Below the pieces are notes generated by a model that searched no databases, was not told where the DNA came from, and saw nothing but the letters and a program-made list of their open reading frames with translations. A DNA stretch of 64,000 nucleotides from Acidobacteria subdivision 13 bacterium RH2 MAG17b (lineage in GTDB: Bacteria; Acidobacteriota; Terriglobia; UBA7540), in NCBI GenBank assembly GCA_002197525.1, contig NFUN01000164.1, positions 5,803 to 69,802 of the forward strand. The letters are read 5' to 3'. Positions 17,654-25,123 of this stretch are shown piece by piece. A program made the position numbers and the translations under genes. Numbering within the stretch: position 1 is the stretch's first letter; each line of letters starts with the position of its first letter.

Positions 17654-18856
17654 ATGGCGACTCGGATAGCCTATCTCGACTGCCCTTCCGGCATCAGCGG
17701 CGATATGTTTTTGGGAGCGCTGCTCGGCGCCGGCGCCGGCGAGGACCGGCTGCGCGCCGAACTTGCAACGATTCCGCTTGGCGATTATGAGTTCAAGCCT
17801 TCCCAAGTCCTCCGAGCAGGACTTGCCGGGAACCGGGTTGAAATCACCATTCCGGAAAAGCAGCCGCACCGGCACCTGAGCCACATCGAAAAGCTTTTGA
17901 CGGAGAGCGGGCTTTCACCCACCGTGCGCGAAAAGGCGCTCGCCGTCTTCCGGCGGCTGGGCGAGGCGGAGGCGTGCTTGCACGCGCAGCCCATTGAAAA
18001 AGTGCACTTCCACGAAGTGGGCGCGGTGGATGCGATTCTGGATATCGCGGGCGCTTGCGCCGGGCTGGAACTTTTGGGAATCTCTGAGCTATGGTGCTCC
18101 CCGCTGAATGTAGGCGGTGGAAGCGTGAAGGCGGCGCACGGCACGCTGCCCGTTCCCGCTCCGGCCACGGCGGAATTGCTGCGAGGTATTCCGGTCTATT
18201 CGAGCGGCATCGAGGCAGAGCTTGTCACGCCAACAGGAGCGGCCCTCGTTGCGACCCTCGCGGCGCACTTCGGCCCTCTGCCGCCGATGAGCATCGAAAG
18301 CATTGGCTACGGCGCGGGCGCCCACGATTTTCCAGGCCATCCCAACTTGGCGCGGCTGATGGTGGGATCGAAGACGGACCGGCCTGCGCCGTCCGCCGTG
18401 GCAGATGAGTTTATCTCCGTGATTCAAGCCAACGTAGACGACATGAGCCCGCAGCTTTTCGCCTACTTCATGGAGCAGGCGCTCGCCGCGGGCGCTCTCG
18501 ATGTGTCGTGCAGCCCGGCGCAGATGAAAAAGAACCGCCCTGGGCTTGAATTGACGGTCCTCTGCGCGCCGGACCACGCGGAGCGGCTGGCGCAGGTCGT
18601 CTTTGAACAGACGACCACGCTCGGACTGAGAATCCAGGAAGCCCGCCGGATGATTTTGGAACGGGAGACGGTGAGCGTTGAAACCCCGTATGGCGCCGTC
18701 CGCATGAAGGTAGCGCGGCGCAACGGCCGCGTGATGAACGTTGCGCCCGAATACGAAGATTGCCAGCGCCTGGCCGATGAGAAGTCGGTTCCTCTGAAAG
18801 AAGTGATGATCGAGGCACAAGCGGCGTTCCGAACTCATCATAAATTGAATGATTGA
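17654..18856 (+). CDS. larC: Nickel-pincer cofactor biosynthesis protein LarC
   Basis: YLDCPSGISGDMFLGAL, VHFHEVGAVDAI, PVPAPAT, ELVTPTGAA, MKKNRPG, PEYEDC. Confidence 0.93.
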   Translation: MATRIAYLDCPSGISGDMFLGALLGAGAGEDRLRAELATIPLGDYEFKPSQVLRAGLAGNRVEITIPEKQPHRHLSHIEKLLTESGLSPTVREKALAVFRRLGEAEACLHAQPIEKVHFHEVGAVDAILDIAGACAGLELLGISELWCSPLNVGGGSVKAAHGTLPVPAPATAELLRGIPVYSSGIEAELVTPTGAALVATLAAHFGPLPPMSIESIGYGAGAHDFPGHPNLARLMVGSKTDRPAPSAVADEFISVIQANVDDMSPQLFAYFMEQALAAGALDVSCSPAQMKKNRPGLELTVLCAPDHAERLAQVVFEQTTTLGLRIQEARRMILERETVSVETPYGAVRMKVARRNGRVMNVAPEYEDCQRLADEKSVPLKEVMIEAQAAFRTHHKLND

Positions 18857-18895
18857 GCCATTGGGTCATTGACTCAATGAACAAATGAACCAATG
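18844..18895. repeat. Inverted 8-mer tandem arrays at the larC/metG junction (empty site)
   Basis: ATTGAATG ATTGAGCC ATTGGGTC | ATT | GACTCAAT GAACAAAT GAACCAAT G; contains the larC TGA (18854-56) and the metG ATG (18893-95). Confidence 0.8.
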
Positions 18896-20947
18896 AAAAA
18901 ATTTTACCTGACCACTCCGCTTTACTACCCCAACGCTCGCCCGCATGTGGGTTCGGCCTACACCACCATCGTCTGCGACGCCATCGCGCGCTACAAGCGC
19001 ATGTGCGGCTACGACGTTGCTTTCCTCACCGGCACTGACGAGCACGGAGAAAAGCTCGAACGCGCGGCGGCCGCGGCCGGCGTGACGCCACAAGCCTTTG
19101 TCGCAGAAAAGCGCGAGCTTTTTCGCGGCCTGTGGAAGCTCCTGGGTATCGACTATACGCACTTCGTCTACACGGATCAGCCCGATCACGTGAAGTCCGT
19201 GCAGCGGATGCTCCTGCGCGCGAGAGAGAACGGCTACATCGATAAGCGCCGGTATGAAGGCCGATACTGCATCTTCGATGAGATGTATGTTTCCGAAGGC
19301 TCTGAACCCGTAAATTGCCCGAATTGCGGGCGCCCGACGGAATTAATCAGCGAAGAGAATTACTTCTTCAAGCTTTCTTCGTTTCAAGAAAGACTTCTGA
19401 AATATTACGAAGAGCATCCTGAAATTGTGCTGCCTGATTTTCGCATGAACGAAGTGAAGAGCTTCGTCAAGAGCGGCTTGCGGGATATTTCGGTAAGCCG
19501 AAGGCGCATCAAGTGGGGCATTCCCTGGCCGGATGATCCCGAACAGGTGTTTTACGTGTGGTATGACGCGCTCACCGGCTACCTCACCGGCATTGGCTAC
19601 GCAGAAGGCGAAAACGGCAGCGCCGAGTTTCAGAAGTATTGGCCCGCCGACCTGCACATGATCGGCAAGGACATTCTGCGCTTCCACGCCGTCTATTGGC
19701 CCGCTTTCCTGATGGCAGCCAACATGCCGCTGCCCAAGACCATCTTCGCCCACGGCTGGATTTACTACGAGCAGGACAAGATGAGCAAGTCCAAGGGCAA
19801 CGTGGTGTATCCCGAGCCGATCATCAAAGCGTTCGAGGAATTCGGCGCGCCCGGCAATGATGCGCTGCGCTATTACCTGCTGCGCGATACGCCTTTCGGT
19901 TTGGACGGGAGCTTTTCGTACGACGCCCTGATTCAGCGGTTCAATTCGGACTTAGCAAATGATCTGGGGAATTTGATGAACCGGACGGCGAGCATGATTC
20001 ATCGATTGCCTTCGGGAAAAGGCCAGATTGCGTATCCAATAGGCAAGCCTTGGGCTTTCCCCTTGGAGGACCAAATCCGTGCCGAGGCGAAGGGCACGCT
20101 CAAACGATTTCGCGCGCACTTCGATAGGTTCGACTTTTCCCAGGGACTGGAGGAGATCTGGCGATTCTTGGGACTTGTCAACAAGACCTTATCGGACACG
20201 CGCCCTTGGGCGTTAGCTGCGAATGACCAAAATCGACCAATTATCCTCTGGATCGCAGCCCAGGCCATTCACTTTGTAAGTGTCTTGCTATATCCGGTGC
20301 TTCCAGAAAGTGCAAGCCGCTTGTGGCAGCAGCTTGGCTGCGAACCTTACCTTGGGAAACTCGATGATCAGCTAGTAGATCAACTCAAGTGGGGTCGCCT
20401 ACGCCCTGGCAAAAAGATGGGCAAGCCCGAGCCGATCTTCCCCCGGCTCGATAAGGAGGCCACGCTGCGCAAGCTGCACGAGCTTGCGGAAGAAGACCGA
20501 GCGCGCGAGAAAAACACCAAGGAGGCATCAACCAAAGTGGAATCACAACCTGAGCAGAAACCTGTAGCGCCGGTGTCCTCACCGGCGGTCGGCGCTGAGG
20601 ACAGCGCCGCTACAAACCAGAAGATCACCATCGACGACTTTGCCAAAGTTGACCTGCGCGTAGGGACGATTCTTTCCGCCGAACCGATCCCCGGCGCGAC
20701 AAAGCTCCTGAAGCTGCAAGTGGATATTGGGACGGAAGTTCGGCAAGTCTGCGCGGGAATCGCCGAGTATTACAAGCCGGAAGATTTGGTAGGCATGAAA
20801 ATCGTGCTGGTGGCGAACCTTCAGCCTCGCAAATTGCGCGGCGTGGAGTCGAACGGGATGGTTCTGGCGGCATCTGTCGGTGAGCAAGGAAAGCCGGTGC
20901 TGGCGACGTTTAAGGAGGAGGTGCCGAACGGAACGAAACTGAAGTAA
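18893..20947 (+). CDS. metG: Methionine--tRNA ligase with C-terminal tRNA-binding (Trbp111-like) domain
   Basis: TTPLYYPN, HVGS (HIGH), TGTDEHG, YVWYDAL, GKDILRFH, KMSKS, ANDLGNL; C-terminal DDFAKVDLRVG...ANLQPRKLRGVESNGM. Confidence 0.97.
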   Translation: MKKFYLTTPLYYPNARPHVGSAYTTIVCDAIARYKRMCGYDVAFLTGTDEHGEKLERAAAAAGVTPQAFVAEKRELFRGLWKLLGIDYTHFVYTDQPDHVKSVQRMLLRARENGYIDKRRYEGRYCIFDEMYVSEGSEPVNCPNCGRPTELISEENYFFKLSSFQERLLKYYEEHPEIVLPDFRMNEVKSFVKSGLRDISVSRRRIKWGIPWPDDPEQVFYVWYDALTGYLTGIGYAEGENGSAEFQKYWPADLHMIGKDILRFHAVYWPAFLMAANMPLPKTIFAHGWIYYEQDKMSKSKGNVVYPEPIIKAFEEFGAPGNDALRYYLLRDTPFGLDGSFSYDALIQRFNSDLANDLGNLMNRTASMIHRLPSGKGQIAYPIGKPWAFPLEDQIRAEAKGTLKRFRAHFDRFDFSQGLEEIWRFLGLVNKTLSDTRPWALAANDQNRPIILWIAAQAIHFVSVLLYPVLPESASRLWQQLGCEPYLGKLDDQLVDQLKWGRLRPGKKMGKPEPIFPRLDKEATLRKLHELAEEDRAREKNTKEASTKVESQPEQKPVAPVSSPAVGAEDSAATNQKITIDDFAKVDLRVGTILSAEPIPGATKLLKLQVDIGTEVRQVCAGIAEYYKPEDLVGMKIVLVANLQPRKLRGVESNGMVLAASVGEQGKPVLATFKEEVPNGTKLK
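20563..20614. repeat. REP-like doublet lying in-frame inside the metG interdomain linker
   Basis: TGTAGCGCCGGTGTCCTCACCGGCGGTCGGCGCTGAGGACAGCGCCGCTACA, translated as VAPVSSPAVGAEDSAAT. Confidence 0.8.
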
Positions 20948-21412
20948 TTGAATCATTGAGTCATCGGTTCATTGATTCAATACTGGTGTTGGGGTGAAAG
21001 TGTATCAGCCAATAGAATTAAAGGAGCGCACCAAACAGTTTGCGATCCGAATTGTCCGGCTCTTCCGGTCTTTGCCAAGAACAGAAGAAGCCCGCGTTCT
21101 CGGAAGACAGGTTCTTCGATCAGGAACTTCCATTGCAGCCAATTATCGGGCGATTTGCCGCGCGCGGTCTAAAGCCGAATTCGTCGCAAAGATGGGAACT
21201 GTAGTTGAAGAAGCTGACGAAATGGTCTTCTGGCTGGAGCTACTCGTAGAAACTGGCGTCGTGCAGGAGAAGCAATTGGAGAGCTTGCGGGCCGAGTCCA
21301 ACGAACTCCTGGCGATCTTTGCGGCTTCACAACGGACAGCAAAGAAGTCCTGAGTTGGACCTGGTAGATAACCCCTCAATGATCCAATGACTCAATGAAT
21401 AAATGACTCAAT
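20947..21412 (+). mobile_element. Putative minimal element: four-helix-bundle gene bracketed by inverted 8-mer arrays
   Basis: Left arm ATTGAATC ATTGAGTC ATCGGTTC ATTGATTC (20947-20978); right arm GATCCAAT GACTCAAT GAATAAAT GACTCAAT (21381-21412). Mobility is inferred, not shown. Confidence 0.55.
20994..21353 (+). CDS. Four helix bundle protein (23S rRNA intervening-sequence protein family, Avd-like fold)
   Basis: ELKERTKQFA, QVLRSGTSIAANYRA, RARSKAEFVAK, EEADEMVFWLELL, ESNELLAIF. Confidence 0.92.
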   Translation: MKVYQPIELKERTKQFAIRIVRLFRSLPRTEEARVLGRQVLRSGTSIAANYRAICRARSKAEFVAKMGTVVEEADEMVFWLELLVETGVVQEKQLESLRAESNELLAIFAASQRTAKKS

Positions 21413-22185
21413 ACCTGATCGACAGCCACTGCCACTTAGACGGCCCTGAATTTGACGCTGATCGCGAGCAAGTGATCGAGCGGGCGCGAGCGGCGGGCGT
21501 GCAACATTTGCTCCTGATCGGAACGGGTGCAAACTACCAGGAAATCGGTGCGGCGCTTTCCATCGCTGAGAGAACGGAAGGGGCTTATGCTGCTGGCGGC
21601 ATTCATCCGCACGACGCGCGATATTTCCTCGACAGCGACTTCCGCGAACTTCGCGAGCTGGCAAGCCGCCCGAAGTTCCTTGCCTTGGGAGAAATCGGCC
21701 TGGATTACCACTATGACCACTCGCCGCGAGACGCGCAGCAGCAAATCCTGATCCGGCAATTGGAACTGGCGCGAGAGTTGAAACTCCCCATCATCATTCA
21801 TTGCCGCGAAGCCTGGGCGGACCTGCGCGGCATCGTGCGCAGCCATTGGCATGGCGCGGACCTGGGCGGAATCCTCCATTGCTTCACCGGAAGCCGTGAA
21901 GACGCTTTTTCGCTCCTGGACTCGGGCTTCATGGTCTCGTTCGCAGGCAATCTGACTTTCAAAAAGGCCGAAGACTTGCGCGAAGTGGCGCGCGCAATTC
22001 CCGCTGACCGGCTGCTGATCGAGACGGACAGCCCGTACCTCGCTCCTGTTCCGCATCGCGGCAAGCGTAACGAGCCCGCCTATGTGCGGGAAGTGCTGCG
22101 CGTGCTCGCGGAAGTGCGCGGTGAGGAGGAAAGCGCTTTGGGACTGCAGGTGACGGAGAATTTCCGCCGCGCCGCCGGGCTGTGA
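21403..22185 (+). CDS. tatD: TatD family hydrolase
   Basis: IDSHCHL, GIHPH, GEIGLDY, IIHCREA, ILHCFTG, LIETDSPYLAP, RGKRNEP. Confidence 0.95.
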   Translation: MTQYLIDSHCHLDGPEFDADREQVIERARAAGVQHLLLIGTGANYQEIGAALSIAERTEGAYAAGGIHPHDARYFLDSDFRELRELASRPKFLALGEIGLDYHYDHSPRDAQQQILIRQLELARELKLPIIIHCREAWADLRGIVRSHWHGADLGGILHCFTGSREDAFSLLDSGFMVSFAGNLTFKKAEDLREVARAIPADRLLIETDSPYLAPVPHRGKRNEPAYVREVLRVLAEVRGEEESALGLQVTENFRRAAGL

Positions 22186-22229
22186 AGCTTCACCACAAAG
22201 ACACAAAGCCTCAATGAAAGAATAAATCG

Positions 22230-23894
22230 ATGAAAACAAGATTCACGCGGCGGGGGCAGGCGGTGGTTATCGCTGCCGTGGCTCTGCTCCTGATGACTGG
22301 CGCCCGGGCTTGCGCCGCCGGGCTAAGATTTGAGATTTCATATCCTGCTGCGGTGCATTCACAGCCAATCACGGGCCGCGTTTTTGTGATGATTAGCCGC
22401 ACTCGCGACCCCGAACCGCGCCTTCAGGTGGGTTTCTGGGGAGATACGCCTCCATTCTTCGGCAAAGACGTTATCAGTCTTCAACCGGGCGAAGCGGCGG
22501 TGATTGATTCGAGCGTGCTCGGTTATCCGCTGCGAAGCCTGAGCCAGCTTCCTGCCGGGGACTATTACGTGCAGGCGCTCATCAACATTTATACGGAATT
22601 TCACCGCTCCGACGGCCACGTGATCTGGGCGCACATGGACCATTGGGAAGGCCAGCAATTCAACCGGTCGCCTGGGAACCTCTATAGCGCCGTGGAGCAC
22701 TTGCATCTCGATCCGCAATCCAGCCAGACGGTCAAGCTGAGCTTGACCCAAGTGATTCCGCCCGTTAAAACGCCGCGCGATACGCGGTGGGTGAAGCGCC
22801 TGAAAATCCAGAGCGCTCTGTTAAGCCGCTTCTGGGGCCAGCCAATCTATCTGGGTGCGACGGTGCTTCTGCCCAAGGGTTACGACAAGCATCCGGACGT
22901 CCATTATCCGGTCATTTATGTTCAGGGGCATTTCAGCCTCGCGGCGCCCTTCCGCTTCAACACCGCGAATCATTCTTCAGACGGCTATAAATTCTATCGG
23001 GCCTGGAATTCGCACGATTTTCCGCGCATGATCGCCGTCACCTTCCAGCATCCCACGCCGTATTTCGACGATTCTTACGCTGTGAATTCGGCCAACAACG
23101 GCCCTTACGGCGACGCGATCATGAAGGAGTTGATTCCCTACGTCGAGCAGCATTTCCGCATCATCCGCCAGCCCTACGCGCGAGTGCTCACGGGCGGTTC
23201 GACGGGCGGCTGGGAATCGCTGGCGCTGCAAGTTTACCATCCGCGATTTTTCGGCGGCGCGTGGACATTCTACCCGGACCCTGTGGACTTCCGCCGTTAC
23301 GACCTCGTGGATATCTACTCCGATGACAACGCCTTCTACGAGCCGGACCATCAATGGCTGATCCCCCAGCGGTATATCATGCGCCGGGCGAACGGGCAGC
23401 CGGAGGTGACGGAGCGGCAGTTCAGCCGGCTCGAAGCGGTGCTCGGAAGCCACGGACGTTCGGACCAGCAGCTTGAAGCGTGGGATGCGGTGTTTGGACC
23501 AATCGGAGCGGATGGTTATCCCGAGCCGCTGTGGGACAAGCTGACGGGCAAGATTGACCATCAGGTAGCCGATTACATGCGCGATCATGGCTACGATCTT
23601 CGCGACTACCTCGCCACTCACTGGACATCCATCGGCCCGGATTTGCAGGGCAAGATACACGTCTATGTGGGTGACATGGACAACTATTACCTAAACCTGG
23701 CGGTTTACCTGCTGCAGGATTACCTTGTGACCACGCAGAATCCGCACTGCGCCGGAACGTTTGATTACGGCCGTCCTATGAAAGGCCACGGCTGGCAGCC
23801 GATGCTAAACGCAGACCTGGTTCGCATGATGGCTCAGCACATTATCCGCAACGCGCCTGGCGGAGCTAACACGGCGGCGTGGCAGTATCCGTAA
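22230..23894 (+). CDS. Secreted alpha/beta-hydrolase (esterase family)
   Basis: Signal peptide; GGSTGG nucleophile elbow; NSANNGPYG; VGDMDNY; terminal GHGW. Confidence 0.8.
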   Translation: MKTRFTRRGQAVVIAAVALLLMTGARACAAGLRFEISYPAAVHSQPITGRVFVMISRTRDPEPRLQVGFWGDTPPFFGKDVISLQPGEAAVIDSSVLGYPLRSLSQLPAGDYYVQALINIYTEFHRSDGHVIWAHMDHWEGQQFNRSPGNLYSAVEHLHLDPQSSQTVKLSLTQVIPPVKTPRDTRWVKRLKIQSALLSRFWGQPIYLGATVLLPKGYDKHPDVHYPVIYVQGHFSLAAPFRFNTANHSSDGYKFYRAWNSHDFPRMIAVTFQHPTPYFDDSYAVNSANNGPYGDAIMKELIPYVEQHFRIIRQPYARVLTGGSTGGWESLALQVYHPRFFGGAWTFYPDPVDFRRYDLVDIYSDDNAFYEPDHQWLIPQRYIMRRANGQPEVTERQFSRLEAVLGSHGRSDQQLEAWDAVFGPIGADGYPEPLWDKLTGKIDHQVADYMRDHGYDLRDYLATHWTSIGPDLQGKIHVYVGDMDNYYLNLAVYLLQDYLVTTQNPHCAGTFDYGRPMKGHGWQPMLNADLVRMMAQHIIRNAPGGANTAAWQYP

Positions 23895-24030
23895 CAGATA
23901 TTTCGCGCTGCCGCGCGGCGGGTGGCGGAATCCAGAACCCTTTGTTAAGATCAAACGTTGACCGTGATTCCAGACTGAGCGCAGGCTCAGTTTCAGGTTT
24001 CAGCTTGCTGCGCGAGCGGCGAAGATACAC

Positions 24031-24906
24031 ATGAAAGTGGGCGTGCACACGTCGATCGCCGGCGGCTTGGAAAATGCCGCGCACCATGCCTGGAAGATCG
24101 GGTGCGACGCCTTTCAGATGTTTTCGGCGAACCCGCGCGGCTGGCGTAGCGCCGCTCCCGCTCCGGAGAAATACGAAAAGTTTCGCGCCGCACGGAAGGG
24201 TTACGGCCTCACTCCCGTGGTGGTGCATGCCAACTATTTGATCAATCTTGCCGCTGCTGACGAGCTGATCCGGGGAAAATCTATTGCCGCCTTTCGTAAG
24301 GAAATCGAAAGAGCCTTAGCGCTTGATGCTGATTATCTGGTTGTGCATCCCGGAAGCGCCAAAGGGACGACTCCGGCGAAGGCCATCGCGCAGTGCACGG
24401 AGTCGCTGCGACGCGCGGCGGACGGCATAAAGCTGGACGGGCTGACGGTTCTGATCGAGAATACGGCAGGACAGGGATCAGTAATCGGCCGGACTTTTGA
24501 CGAAGTTGCGGAGATTGTGGCGGGCGCGGCCGGAGAGCTTCCGGTTGGCGCATGTATTGACACGGCGCACTGCTTTGCCGCCGGGTACCCAGTGCACACT
24601 CCTGAGGGACTGAAGCAGACGGTTGGTCTGATTAATGCCACTATAGGTCTTGAGCGGCTGCGAGTGATTCACGCCAACGACTCCAAATCAGCGTTCGACT
24701 CTCACTCTGACCGCCACGAACACATTGGGAAAGGTAAGATCGGGGCGGAAGCTTTCGCGCGCATCGTGCGGCATCCGAAACTGCGTGCGGTCCCATTCAT
24801 TTGCGAGACGCCGGTGGATAAGCCCGGAGACGACAAGCGCAATCTACTTATGATGCGCAAGCTGGCGGGGGAAAGCACAGCTAGCCAGAAGGCCATGCGC
24901 CGGTAG
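24031..24906 (+). CDS. nfo: Endonuclease IV
   Basis: GVHTSIAGG, HANYLINLA, VHPGS, ENTAGQG, DTAH, HANDS, DRHEHIG, ETP. Confidence 0.95.
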   Translation: MKVGVHTSIAGGLENAAHHAWKIGCDAFQMFSANPRGWRSAAPAPEKYEKFRAARKGYGLTPVVVHANYLINLAAADELIRGKSIAAFRKEIERALALDADYLVVHPGSAKGTTPAKAIAQCTESLRRAADGIKLDGLTVLIENTAGQGSVIGRTFDEVAEIVAGAAGELPVGACIDTAHCFAAGYPVHTPEGLKQTVGLINATIGLERLRVIHANDSKSAFDSHSDRHEHIGKGKIGAEAFARIVRHPKLRAVPFICETPVDKPGDDKRNLLMMRKLAGESTASQKAMRR

Positions 24907-24929
24907 CTGGCGGCAGGTCCTCCCGAGGC

Positions 24930-25048
24930 CCTTGATCCGGCGAATTTGTGGTAAACAAGGCAAGTTTTCGTTGCCCCCTCACCCCCAGCCCTCTCCCCTT
25001 TTCAGGGGGAGAGGGTGTCGCGCGTAGCGGGACGGGTGAGGGGATGAC
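24930..25048 (+). repeat. ~120-bp palindromic intergenic repeat (CCCCTCACCC...GGGTGAGGGG family)
   Basis: Near-identical reverse-complement copy at 62171-62289; partial copy at 57028-57089. Confidence 0.8.
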
Positions 25049-25123
25049 CGCTCGCCGGTCTGAGGAGAAGCCTCGCTAGGGCTTGCGGCTTACGCGCAAT
25101 TGCAACCAATTACCCGTACTTTT

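Noticed and set aside
17654-18856. Lone larC as a novel system
   Set aside because: larB/C/E are commonly dispersed; nothing here indicates a different role.
20994-21353. Diversity-generating retroelement or 23S rRNA intervening sequence
   Set aside because: No reverse transcriptase, no TR/VR pair differing at adenines, and no rRNA sequence nearby.
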